Assembly: GCA_032718475.1 (NCBI GenBank)
Contig: JAUCBJ010006993.1
Location: 1 to 59,939, forward strand
Direction of reading: 5' to 3'
DNA from: Nemertoderma westbladi
Taxonomy: Eukaryota > Animalia > Xenacoelomorpha
DNA: 59,939 nucleotides
Part shown: piece after piece, positions 47,873 through 59,339 of the stretch
Position numbering within the stretch: position 1 is the stretch's first letter
Layout: every line of letters begins with the position of its first letter
Notes under the pieces: generated by a model
What the model was told of the DNA's origin: nothing
What the model saw: only the letters and a program-made list of their open reading frames with translations
Databases searched by the model: none
Position numbers and translations under genes: made by a program

Positions 47873-48070
47873 TAATACCGGTACTGATAGCCTGAGAGAA
47901 CAGCAGTATAGAGAAACCGGTAGCATGGAACCTAACGGTAAATTTCTGGAGGACATAAAAAGTAAAAAAAACTAATACCGGTACTGATAGCCTGAGAGAA
48001 CAACAGTAGAGAAACCGGTAGCATGGAACCTAACGGTAGATTTCTGGAGGACATAAAAAGTAAAAAAAAA
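47873..48070. repeat. About 100-bp direct duplication
   Basis: taataccggtactgatagcctgagagaaca...ggacataaaaagtaaaaaaaa occurs twice. Confidence 0.9.
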
Positions 48071-48135
48071 AGGACAAAAAAAGGATTTAAACGGACAATA
48101 AAAATTATTGCATTAAATATGTGAGAAGTGTGTAA

Positions 48136-49220
48136 GGGGCCGTCCAAGTATGACGTCTGCAGTTTTCCCCAAAATGTTGACCCCCTCCCTCCCCTAAATC
48201 AGATGTCATCAGACTGTCAGATAGGCGTTGACCCCCCCCCCCCCCCCCCCCCTCCCCTAAATCAGATTTAAAAAAAATTGTAATAAATTATAATATTATG
48301 AAGATTATTTATAATCACTTTGTCGAATCACAAATTAAATTAGTTAAGTGTATGCCTAGAAAGAATAAATTATCAAATATTGCAAAAGAATAATAAAACT
48401 TTTCAGCAGGATAAAGGAGGTATTACATATATTGCATTGGAGGGGGCGGGCAAGGGCAGACGGGCTGACGGGGGCTGGCTGTAGTTACATAGGAAGGTAT
48501 AGAGTTGTAGTAGGGTAGCCTATCGTTTACATACTTGTACCTGATGCGACAGCAGTTTATGAATGATAATAAACAAACATAAGCTAATAATAGGCCTACA
48601 GTATATGAACCGGTAGAGGTACCGGTACTGCAGTCTCTAACAATCATTAGCTTAGGATTAATGTTTCATTTTCAGGCGAACCCCAGTACCGCAGTACCCC
48701 AGTAGAACGCCAGAACGCGTCCTAATCACTGAAACATGATGACTGGTAACTGAAACAGAAGGTCGTGCTACGGGCCTTTCGGGGGCTTCGAACAATTAAA
48801 ATAGGCAAGCTAATTACTCTTCTGCTATATCTCTTCTAGCACCTATAAATGAACATGCTGACGTCAGATTTTGGAGTTATAGTTCATATGCGTACCTCTG
48901 GTATTTTCGTATTGCAAAAATAAGAAGTACCGTATTGCTAAAATAAGCCTATGTTATTGAGATATTGTTTATTGTTTTGGTTAGAAAAGCCCACCACTGT
49001 AACCTACTCCTTTCCGTTAATTAAGTAATGGAGATTAGTTTATTGTTTTGGTTAGAAAACACCACCACTGTAACCTGCTTCTTTTGCCAGAGGTACCGGT
49101 ACGCATATGAACGATAACCGATTTTGGCTGACCCCCTCCCCTCCCCTCATCAGCACGTCATCAGATTTTCCCACCCCCCCCCCCCCCCTTAAAGTGCTGA
49201 CGTCATACTTGGACGGCCCC
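48136..49220. mobile_element. PIF/Harbinger-type non-autonomous element
   Basis: 22-bp TIR GGGGCCGTCCAAGTATGACGTC, with TAA on both sides (48133-48135 and 49221-49223). Confidence 0.88.
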
Positions 49221-51364
49221 TAAGGTGTAACAGATTTGTCATACAGTCATAAAGTAAAACGCCGCCCCCATAGGAGAGAACTGTCAAGTTTCAACTTAAG
49301 CGGCATGATTGCAAATAACGACATTTCGAGAAAATATTTACTGTCAGAAATTTCGCTCTCTAGCGTTAAACTGGGGAACTGTAGACGACTCTGCCACCCT
49401 ATATCTGTATATGCCATAGTCTGATAGTCACCAAGTTTCAGTCTAAATGGATTGTAAATAACAAAGTTGGAGAAGATGTTCACTTTCAAACATTTCGCTC
49501 TCCAGCGGTAGACTGGGGAACTGTAGACGACTCTGCCACTATTAGACTATTTAAAGATGAATGTACCGACATACTGATACTGTGCAGTGCATATGTTGTA
49601 TCTAGGGAGCCCATTTCCCTTCCCGGGTTCCATATGTACCACTTTTTAACTCTTTTATTTAATTCATTTAAGAGATCTAATCTAATATAGCGCCGGGGCG
49701 TATCCCGGATTTTAAATTAAATTAAAATTAAAGATACAGCCTATGCTGCAGTACAGCAGTAGTAGGTAGCTTATTCGTAGCTACCAAGTTTCAGCTCAAA
49801 AGCATTAAAAACAACCAAACGACTGAACGAGATCAGGTTTTCACTATCGGGCAATTCGCCCTCAAGCAGCAGACGGCGTATTTTAATTTCGTTTCAATTT
49901 TTTTAAAATTAATATGGTGACGGTGCCACAGTAGGCCTATAAGACGTTTTGTATTCTTTTGTGTTTAATTAATTGTCCTGATTTATAATTTGTGGTTGTT
50001 TGTATACCGGCAACCGGTACCGGTCGCCGGTACGCTTCTATGACAGTGGTGTCTCCACAAATAGACCTAACTGCCTAATACTGTAATATAATATAATAAT
50101 ATAATATGTAATACTGTAATATATACCAGTAAGCAGTAATATAACGAAACTTTCAGTAACGGCAGTAGGCCTATTGCAGTATTGTAATTTGTTGTGAAAC
50201 ACATTTTTGTACATTTTATTATATTGTGTAAGCCTAGGCCTATCTGCCTATCTATAGATAGATGACTAAGTGTAGGATTGTAGGAACGTCCATTCCATAG
50301 TCTAGTCTAATTACACCTATTTCATTTACAACTCAAGCAAAAGGTGTGGATTTTGGTGCCAATTTAAAGGTAGTAAAATTTGGTCAATTTTAGTCCGAGT
50401 GGCACTCTCGAAAATATATATTTTGTTTTCATGGGAACGAAAAGAGCCGACACCGACACGGTGACATGGATAAAAAACCCAAGTCAGCAAGTGAAGCCAC
50501 TTAAAATTTAAATTTTACAAATCGGTAGGCCAGTAGGCCTATATTTGACATTGACAGGAGAGAGTGATAAATTCTGGTTACCTATATTGTGTCCAATGTT
50601 ATTTAAAAATACAGAAATATCGAAGCAATTTAGATAAAATTAGCAGCAATATTTGGAAAACCATGGACGTATTTTCTTATGTGTAAGTCATAAGTTCCTT
50701 TCTCCTTGGCAAGGAACATCCGAGTCCAGATCCAGGAGTCCAATCTAATGAAATTTGGTAGGCCTGCAGGAAGACAGGTTGTTCAGTTTGGTCTAATTTT
50801 TTCTATGTTAAGTTAAAACCCTTTTTGACTTGAGGACTTACTGACTTATTTCTACCGTCCAGGCAGCCAGCAGGCCAGGGTCCAGCGCTCCAGCCTTAAA
50901 ATTTAGCCAGCCGTTATACTGTTATACTTGTTCCACTAAATTTAAAGCAAAATTATATTGATCACACAACTTTATACAACTTTTTTTGTGGCGGTACCCC
51001 TACCCCTACCGGTACCGGTACTTTTTTTGCATTATTTTGTTGCTGAAATGCTGAACAGAGTTGAATACTTGAATATCAAAAAAATTTTGGGCCACCATTA
51101 TAGGTTCATTCTTGTTCATATCATACTGTCATGATTAGAATAACGGTTGTTGACGTCAGTGTAGCGTTTACCTTTACACTCATGCAGTACAGCAGTAATG
51201 TATAATTGTATAACAGTAATAAAAACAATCAGTTAGGCCTAGGCCTTGAACACTCTGCTAGGTCTTTTATTTCAAACTTTATACTCACGTTGTTTTGTCT
51301 AAATGACTTTGAATATTTATATAGGCCTATTTTATAATTATGACAATTTATTGGCGAAGCTACT

Positions 51365-54300
51365 ATGAGCCGGGTTTCTCCATCCAAAGCATCCAATGAC
51401 ATGGCCGAATTACGCAGTCTCACCAACCGGATGTCCCTCACTGGGACGGACAAACCATCCCATCGAATGTCCCTGGTCGGGACAGCCGTGGTTGGCTCCG
51501 GTGCGACGCTGGGTATGTCAGCGTCCACCTCCTCCAAGGAACGCCACTGGATCCAAACTAACATGAGTAAACGCATCTGCATTCAATTCACCCCTAAAAA
51601 ACACGAATCTATTGTTTGTAAATGCGGTTATGAGCAGGAGGCCCATGACCCCCGGGCGTTAAGGCGGTCGGTTGCTCCGGAAACCAACTGGAGTATAGAA
51701 TCCAACACCGCGCCTGAGCGCACTGATGCTTTCGGCGAGATCGAGTTTGTTGGTTACAGCGGGAAAAAGGCGAAATTCGTACGAGTTGATTCGGAGACAA
51801 ACCCCAAAAAAATATATCATCTTTTTGATAAATTCTGGAATTTAAAACGCCCAAAAATGTTGATTTCAGTGACCGGAGGTGCTAAAGATTTTGTTATGAA
51901 GCCTCGACTTCGGAAAATGTTCCAATCTGGGTTGATGAAGGTTGCCAGTAGCACCAGGGCTTGGGTGGTTACTGGGGGCACCAACGCCGGTGTAATGAAG
52001 CTAGTCGGGGAGGCGGTGCACCAACACCAGTTAACGCATGCTGGTGAGGCCGCCGTGGTGACCATAGGGATAGCAACCTACGGGGTACTGAACGCCCGAC
52101 CGCTGTTGGTGAGCCCGAGGGGTATGTACCCGGCGATGTACCGAGTAGCCGAGGCCGAGTCTTCTGGGGGGGCCACGCTGGACCAGAACCACAACCACTT
52201 CGTACTGGTTGACGACGGCACCAACGGGGTCTTTGGACGGGAGACCACCTTGTGGGGCAAGTTGGTGGCCGAGATATCGGATGCGGGAACCACGGAGGGA
52301 ACCGTGGGCAATGTGAAGGTTCCGGTGGTCATCGTGGTTCTGGAAGGCGGCCCGGGGACCCTGAGCACCGTGTACAACGCCCTGAAGAACGACACCCCCG
52401 CGGTTATAGTAGAAGGTTCGGGACGTGCTGCCGATATATTGGCCTGGGCCTACCACAAGTCTAAAGTAGCCAAGGACGATAGCGGCGATAGGAAGAGCGT
52501 TAAACGGGTTAAATTCGATTCTAAGTTGGAAGCGGCGGTTCGGGAGCGAATCGGGACGGAATGGGGCGGAAAGAAAGTCGGGGATATATGGGGGAGTAAA
52601 GTCTACCAATGGGCCGAGGAGGTTAAACAATGCATCCTCAAGAAACATCTAATAACTATATTCGATATGGATAGCCAGACGGAGGGAGCGAGAGATATCG
52701 ACATGGCGATACTAACGGCGTTACTCAACGCCAACAGGGACCAGGTTCTACAGCAGGTGAAGTTGGCGCTCGCGTGGGATCGCGTTGATATAGCCAGATC
52801 GGATATATTTGTGAGCGGCACCAAGTGGCCTCGCGGCTCTTTGGATGACGTCATGTCGCAGGCCATTATCGAGAACAAACTCTCCTTTATCGATGTGTTC
52901 CTCGAGTCCGGCGTCAGTCTCAAGGAGTTCCTCACCGTGCGTCGTCTTGTCGACTTGTACAACAACATCCCGTCGGTCGGGTTGCTGCGGCAGCTGTTGG
53001 ACCGCGAGCGCAGTAAAACCAACGACGGCTCCTACAACCTCGTACACATCGGCCATCTAATCAAGAGTCTCATGGGCGACAACTTCAACTACCGGCCTCT
53101 TTACCTCGAGGATCAACGATACAACCAGAAAGCCAAAAGCGTCGAGGAAACCTTCGACCAGCCGGAGCGCGAGTTGTTCATCTACGCGGTTCTCCTCCAG
53201 CGGATGGACATGGCACGGCGGTTCTGGGAGGATGGCCGGGTTGCCACCGCCGCTGCGTTGTTCGCCAGTAAGATACTCAAGTCGATGGCTCACACGAGTT
53301 TCGTGTTCGATGTCGATGTCCAGGATACGCTGCAGATGTATTCGCAGGTATTCGAGGATATGGCGGTGGATTCGGTTAACGAATGCTACAGAGACGACGA
53401 ATTGAAGACACAGCAGGTCCTAGTGCGCGATATGAAACTGTTCGGACGCACGACCTGCATCGACATCGCCGTTGCGGCTGATAACAAACGGTTTATCGCG
53501 CAGAGTGGCTGTCAGAGTTTGTTGACGAGCATCTGGATGGGTAAGATGGTACCGGAGACGAAGTTGTGGAAGTTGATCGTCTGCATGGTTTTCCCACCTT
53601 TAGTTTATCCTTTGATCTACTTCAGAGAAGATATCCCCGACGAGAACAAAGCTTTTGCTGAACACGATGACGAAATACTAGATGAGGATTTACAGGGGAA
53701 TGGGCCTGGAGCTTCGTATAAGAAAATGGAGGTAGATGAATCGATTCCCATGGATAACATATCTACCCGTCCGCTCACCCCATTGAAGCAACAGAGTGGT
53801 ATCCCCAACGCGGATATAACCGAGATGATGAATGAGCTCACCGATGTCAGCACGCTGTACGTCGGGAGTTCCGGCAAACAATTAGGAGTTATTAAGCGGC
53901 TCCTTCTATTCCTCAACTCCGCTATCGTCACCTTCTGCTACAACGTCATCGCCTATATCCTCTTCCTGGTGCTTTTCTCCTACATTGTGATGTGCAACTT
54001 CTACCTAGGAGAAATCTCGTGGTTCGAGTGGCTTCTTATCGGGTGGATCGCCACTCTGTTTCTTGAGGAAGTCCGTCAGATCGCCATCGAGGATACCCCC
54101 ACAGTCGTGATGAAACTCTACAGATGGATCAGCGATCTATGGAACATAGCTGATCTCTTCGCTCTTATGTTCTTTGTCATCGGGTTAGCATTACGTTTAG
54201 CATCGTGGAGTTACGCCAACACCATCCCTGGCGGCCGAGCCCAAATCGCGATCGCGTTGCCCCGGGGTTCCATCCACTACAGAGAGTGGTACTGGTCTCA

Positions 54301-56161
54301 TGTCTTCTACTGTTTCAGTCTCCTCATCTTCATCATCCGTTTCTTGCACATCTGCTCGGCCCATCGGATGCTCGGCCCCAAACTCATTATGATCGCGAGG
54401 ATGGTTAAGGATCTAACCTTCTTCATCTTTATTCTCGCGATCTTCCTGATAGGGTACGGTATCACCAGCTCCGCCCTCCTCTACCCCAACGAGACCCGCC
54501 CCTTCGTCGTCCTTAAGAACATCTTCTACCACCCCTACTGGCAGCTTTACGGCGAACTCTTTCTGGAACGCATTGACTACAACCCGAATCAAGCCGGCGA
54601 CTTTAATTGCTCCGACGACCCGGCTGACATCGCCAACGGAGTAGACCGCTGCCCCGAAACCGACGAGAAAATCCCTTCCATCCTCATGGCCCTGTACATG
54701 CTCTTCTCCAACATTCTGCTTCTCAACCTTCTCATCGCGATGTTCAGCTACACGTTCGAGAGGATCCAGGAGAACACTGACATATTCTGGAAGTTCCAGC
54801 GTTACGCTTTGATCCGCGAGTACCACGAACGGCCTCCCTTCCCCCCGCCCCTCATCATTATTCCCCACGTCTATCTGTTCTTCAAGTACTTTTACAAACG
54901 TCTGAGGGACTGCTGCAACCCCAACAAGGATTTCGGTCACGTGTTTAAGATGACGATGTCCGCAACGATGGAAGAGCATCTTATTCTATGGGAGGATCGC
55001 TGCACTCTGCATTGCGTGCTTAAATCGCATCGATTCGAAAAGGAGCAAGTTGACGAGCGAGTCAAGAACACAGAGCAGAAAGTGGACCACATATGTTACT
55101 CTTTGGACGACATGCAAAGTCTCGATGTTGGTAAAGATGTGTTGAAGCGAGTCGCCTATCTAGAGAAGCACGTTGAGCGGACGACGGTTGCGTTGGATTG
55201 GATTATAAAGCGGCTTTCTGAGAAGCCGGGCGGCAAATCGATAGCGGCGCCGGACCTTCCGGCGCTGGTGGACCGCTCGGATTCCGAGTCCGAGTCCGAC
55301 GCCGATACGAAACCCCCGGAGGCGGTTAACCGGATCGAGGACCTCGGATTGATGCTGCACATAAAGTCCCGGAGTAGTCCCTACCCCGGGACCAAGATCT
55401 CCCGGTTCATTGTCCCTAACAACAAGGTCTCCTGGCTCGAGTTGTTCCCGGAGTACCAGCCCGTCAGTTACACCGCGCCGACGGTTCTCGCCAAACCCGT
55501 CTGGGCCGACAAAGCCGACCTAATCGCGATGGACCCCGAGGATCGGCCCTTCCTCGCCTTCAATCAACTAGACGAGGAGAATAAAGTCGATCGTCGTTGC
55601 CATGTTAAGGAGTACTACGACGTAATCGATAGGTTGCCTAGGAACCCGCAGGGTCGGACGGGTATGATTGGACGCGGGTTGCTAGGGAGATGGGGGCCCA
55701 ACCACGCGGCTGACCCCATCGTTACTAGATGGAGGAGAGGCGGCGAGGGGGAGCGGAAGGAGTTGGAGTTTATCGCGATACAGAGGAAGGATAACCGGGA
55801 GTGGGGTATCCCAGGGGGGATGGTGGATCCCGGGGAGCGAGTGGGGCAGACGTTGAGACGGGAGTTCAGTGAGGAGGCGATGGGGGGCGCTGTAAAGGCT
55901 AAGGTGGACCAGCTGTTCGCCAAGGGGGTCGAGATATTCTCGGGTTACGTCGATGACCCGAGGAATACGGACAACTCGTGGATGGAGACCGTCGCCATGA
56001 ATTTCCACGATGAGGACGGCGATGTGTTCGACTTCGAGCTAAAGGCGGGAGATGACGCGAACGCCGTGAGGTGGCAACGGGTCACCGACAGAGTCGCCTT
56101 GTTCGCGAGTCATCAGGCCATCCTAAAGAAAGTAGCTGAGATGCATGGAGCTACGTTCTAA
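51365..56161 (+). CDS. TRPM2: TRPM2-type cation channel with a C-terminal NUDT9-homology domain, single 4.8-kb ORF
   Basis: MHR motifs TDAFGEIEF, ISVTGGAK, TGGTNAGVMKLVGEAV and LDQNHNHFVLVDDG; six-TM region; pore YWQLYGELF; TRP box WKFQRY; NUDT9-H RNPQGRTGMIGRGLLGRWGPNHAAD and GMVDPGE-x7-REFSEE. Confidence 0.96.
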   Translation: MSRVSPSKASNDMAELRSLTNRMSLTGTDKPSHRMSLVGTAVVGSGATLGMSASTSSKERHWIQTNMSKRICIQFTPKKHESIVCKCGYEQEAHDPRALRRSVAPETNWSIESNTAPERTDAFGEIEFVGYSGKKAKFVRVDSETNPKKIYHLFDKFWNLKRPKMLISVTGGAKDFVMKPRLRKMFQSGLMKVASSTRAWVVTGGTNAGVMKLVGEAVHQHQLTHAGEAAVVTIGIATYGVLNARPLLVSPRGMYPAMYRVAEAESSGGATLDQNHNHFVLVDDGTNGVFGRETTLWGKLVAEISDAGTTEGTVGNVKVPVVIVVLEGGPGTLSTVYNALKNDTPAVIVEGSGRAADILAWAYHKSKVAKDDSGDRKSVKRVKFDSKLEAAVRERIGTEWGGKKVGDIWGSKVYQWAEEVKQCILKKHLITIFDMDSQTEGARDIDMAILTALLNANRDQVLQQVKLALAWDRVDIARSDIFVSGTKWPRGSLDDVMSQAIIENKLSFIDVFLESGVSLKEFLTVRRLVDLYNNIPSVGLLRQLLDRERSKTNDGSYNLVHIGHLIKSLMGDNFNYRPLYLEDQRYNQKAKSVEETFDQPERELFIYAVLLQRMDMARRFWEDGRVATAAALFASKILKSMAHTSFVFDVDVQDTLQMYSQVFEDMAVDSVNECYRDDELKTQQVLVRDMKLFGRTTCIDIAVAADNKRFIAQSGCQSLLTSIWMGKMVPETKLWKLIVCMVFPPLVYPLIYFREDIPDENKAFAEHDDEILDEDLQGNGPGASYKKMEVDESIPMDNISTRPLTPLKQQSGIPNADITEMMNELTDVSTLYVGSSGKQLGVIKRLLLFLNSAIVTFCYNVIAYILFLVLFSYIVMCNFYLGEISWFEWLLIGWIATLFLEEVRQIAIEDTPTVVMKLYRWISDLWNIADLFALMFFVIGLALRLASWSYANTIPGGRAQIAIALPRGSIHYREWYWSHVFYCFSLLIFIIRFLHICSAHRMLGPKLIMIARMVKDLTFFIFILAIFLIGYGITSSALLYPNETRPFVVLKNIFYHPYWQLYGELFLERIDYNPNQAGDFNCSDDPADIANGVDRCPETDEKIPSILMALYMLFSNILLLNLLIAMFSYTFERIQENTDIFWKFQRYALIREYHERPPFPPPLIIIPHVYLFFKYFYKRLRDCCNPNKDFGHVFKMTMSATMEEHLILWEDRCTLHCVLKSHRFEKEQVDERVKNTEQKVDHICYSLDDMQSLDVGKDVLKRVAYLEKHVERTTVALDWIIKRLSEKPGGKSIAAPDLPALVDRSDSESESDADTKPPEAVNRIEDLGLMLHIKSRSSPYPGTKISRFIVPNNKVSWLELFPEYQPVSYTAPTVLAKPVWADKADLIAMDPEDRPFLAFNQLDEENKVDRRCHVKEYYDVIDRLPRNPQGRTGMIGRGLLGRWGPNHAADPIVTRWRRGGEGERKELEFIAIQRKDNREWGIPGGMVDPGERVGQTLRREFSEEAMGGAVKAKVDQLFAKGVEIFSGYVDDPRNTDNSWMETVAMNFHDEDGDVFDFELKAGDDANAVRWQRVTDRVALFASHQAILKKVAEMHGATF

Positions 56162-56756
56162 TTGTACGGATTCGTGTTCTAATTGCACGAATCCGTGTTC
56201 TAATTGCACGGATCCGTGTTCTAATTGCACGTATCCGTGTTCTAATTGCACGGATCCGTGTTCTAATTGCACGAATCCGTGTTCTAATTGCACGTATCGG
56301 TGTTCTAATTGCACGGATCCGTGTTCTAATTCCACGTATCCGTGTTCTAATTGCACGTATCCGTGTTAATTGAACGGATCCGTGTCCTAATTGCACGAAT
56401 TCGTGTTCTAATTGCACGGATCCGTGTTCTAATTGCACGTATCCGTGTTAATTGAACGGATCCGTGTCCTAATTGCACGAATTCGTGTTCTAATTGCACG
56501 GATCCGTGTTCTAATTGCACGAATCCGTGTTCTAATTGCACGTATCGGTGTTCTAATTGTACGGATCCGTGTTCTAATTCCACGTATCCGTGTTCTAATT
56601 GCACGTATCCGTGTTAATTGAACGGATCCGTGTCCTAATTGCACGGATTCGTGTTCTAATTGCACGGATCCGTGTTCTAATTGCACGGATCCGTGTTCTA
56701 ATTGCACGGATCCGTGTTCTAATTGCACGGATCCGTGTTTTAATTGCACGGATCCG
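56155..56756. repeat. 21-bp minisatellite, about 29 units, starting at the TRPM2 stop codon
   Basis: Unit GTTCTAATTGCACG(G/A/T)ATCCGT with 19- and 20-bp variants. Confidence 0.96.
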
Positions 56757-57364
56757 GGGTGTCTTTTATTACCAATCTGGATGACATAATATAATAAATA
56801 ATATATTCAGTTATTTTTTGTAAATTACTCGTTTAATTTTTTGCTTCAAACTCAATTTATATTTTTAGTTGTAACTTTTCACACAATATTAATATTGAGT
56901 ATTTTATATTAAGTAAATTGTTTATTAATTAAATGATTGTTTATTTAGTTGTATAATAATTAGGTGCTTGTACTTTCATTCCATTAGTATATTTGACTCG
57001 CGATATTATCCATTCCTCTAGATCTAGATAAGTGTCGGGTTGAAATTATTTTTTTTCCACAAATTTTAATTTTAAATTATTTATATCCGACATTTTAGAA
57101 ATAACAAATGGACTTTATTCCTACAAATCCGATGGAAGTGAAATAAAGTCAACTTATTTAACGCTGTATACCTGCTATCCTATCAGCAGTTCCCAACCGC
57201 AATTGGTTGAATTTCTGGTATTAAGGCGTACCGGTACTATCAGACATGTTACTCCCCCCTCAGCGGCGGCGGGGACAACTTCTGGTTCTACGTGGAAGCG
57301 GAGTGTCAATGAATCTGGGGCCACGCCGTGGTACTCTACAAGTACCGTGGTCTACGCGAACAAT

Positions 57365-57597
57365 GGGATGTGGGAGCTCAGTTGGTTGAGCGCCGGCCTG
57401 CAATCTATTAGTTGTAGGTTCGAGCCCTGCCAGGGTCCACTCAGCCTTTCACCCATTGTGGTCGATAATATAAGTACCCAGTTGAGTTGCGGGAGCAAAA
57501 CAAGAGATAGGAGTAGCGCCCCCTACCCTCGGGTAGCAGCTATGGAAAGAGGAGCCTTCGGGTCGCCTCCGACTTCGGCCGACTGTTTGCTTTGCTT
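57365..57597 (+). mobile_element. tRNA-derived SINE with a MetaSINE-like central domain
   Basis: A box AGCTCAGTTGG, B box GGTTCGAGCCC, central CCACTCAGCCTTTCACCC...GGTCGATAA...AGTACC, and a short TTTGC tail. The family name is from memory of the consensus. Confidence 0.8.
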
Positions 57598-58680
57598 GAT
57601 TACAATAAAAACAATTGCGTTTCCCTTATATACATTACCTATATATATATTATATATATATTCCCTTATATACGTTTCCTATATATACATTCCGGGATCA
57701 GCATGTATAAAATGATCAGCTGTATAAAATAGGGAAATTGTTGAAATTGCCTAAATTTATAATCATTTTAGAGGAGCTATTTTTAGAAATATAAAGCAAT
57801 TATTGGTAGGTCTGTTAAGGTTAGATCATCTCAGGGTTCGTCAGAGTGCATCTCTGCCTTACTTTGTGATTATAATCCCCGTCAAATGGCTGAAGAAAAC
57901 TTGGTGCTTTATTTTTTTACTATTAATTTGCCTTTATTTTACAGTTGACGTGACGTTTAAATATAAATTCTTTATATGACGGTCGTTTTGTTTAATACGT
58001 TTACTTTTAATTTAAATTGTATTTAAATCAGTAAAATTTGGTTAAAATACAATGATTTGTTTTTCTGTATTTAATATTTTCTGCGGTAGATTTGCATTTG
58101 TTTAAATATTATTTATATGTAATTAAGTCTATTTAATTGATTTAGTATATCATGTTCTCCCTGTAGCAGCAGCCAATAGCTAAATATATTTATTAGGTTG
58201 AATATATTATATATTTTATTTAACATGTAAGCGCTTGGGTTTATCTTATATTATTGGACGCTGTAACTTTTATTACAATCCATATTATGTCCATTTTAAT
58301 ATTATTTATAAGTTTGTATTTGTCGCACAATAAGTAACCACATTCATAAATAAATTTACTGGTACTTAATTGATAGGCAACATATTTAAGCTAGTCGCTA
58401 ATGAGTTTAACATTAAACCGGGTAATATTGAGGCAGAAGAAATGACAATCATTTAGAGAAATTAAAAAATAATAATTTTTTTAAATTTTAATTCGTGCAT
58501 TTGTATTGTATACCTTTCTATCTATATAATTTTACATTTTGGTTTTAAATCCCACCTCATACTGAATAGGTTTTGTTTACAAAAACCCAACATATTGCGT
58601 TGGTATTTTTATATTTTATTTATACAATGTTCTAGTAATGGTGATTGATAAATGTGATTGACCGGTGGGGTTGATGGGTT

Positions 58681-59277
58681 GGGGGACTTTATATCTCGGG
58701 GGACTTTATATCTCGGGGGACTTTATATCCCGTGGGACTTAATATCCCAGGGAATTTATATCCCGTGGTACTTTAGATCCCTGTGGACTTTATACACGGT
58801 GGACTTTATACCCCGAGGGTCTTTATTTCCCGGGGCTTTATATCCTGTGGGACTTTAGATTTCGGGGAACTTTATATTGCGGGGGTCTTTGTATCGCGGG
58901 GGACTTTGTATCCCGGGGGACTTTATATCCGGAATGACATTATATCCCGGAGACTTTATATCCCATAGGAACTTAGATCCCGGTGACATTATATCCTGGG
59001 GACTTTATATCCCGTAGGAACTTAGATCCCGGTGACATTATATCCTGGGGACTTTATATCCCGTAGTAACTTAGATCCCGGTGACATTATATCCTGGGGA
59101 CTTTATATCCCGTAGTAACTTAGATCCCGGTGACATTATATCCTGGGGACTTTATATCCCGTAGTAACTTAGATCCCGGTGACATTATATTCCGTGGGAC
59201 TTTAGATTCCGCGGGACTTTGGATTCCATGGGACTTTAGATTCCGTGGGACTTTAGATTCCATGGGACTTTAGATAC
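58681..59277. repeat. 18-21-bp minisatellite with a higher-order unit of about 58 bp
   Basis: GGGACTTTATATCCC variants; cggtgacattatatcctggggactttatatcccgtag.aacttagatcc is repeated 3-4 times at about 58970-59190. Confidence 0.92.
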
Positions 59278-59339
59278 CTACTAACTACTACTATAATCGG
59301 CCTGCAGCGTTGAAGCTGCACATTGCGATGCTATGCTAC

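Noticed and set aside
51609-56008. Many antisense and alternate-frame ORFs over TRPM2, and similar ones over gag, HENMT1 and ALG12
   Set aside because: Shadow ORFs of long coding sequences with no recognisable motifs.
56123-56784. Repetitive ORFs (QLEHGSV, IRAIRTR, CSNCTDP)
   Set aside because: These are translations of the 21-bp minisatellite.
57365-57435. Possible tRNA gene
   Set aside because: No convincing acceptor stem or cloverleaf, and it continues into a SINE body and tail.
57203-57715. 170-aa ORF
   Set aside because: It has a TTG start and runs through the SINE and an AT microsatellite, so it is likely spurious.
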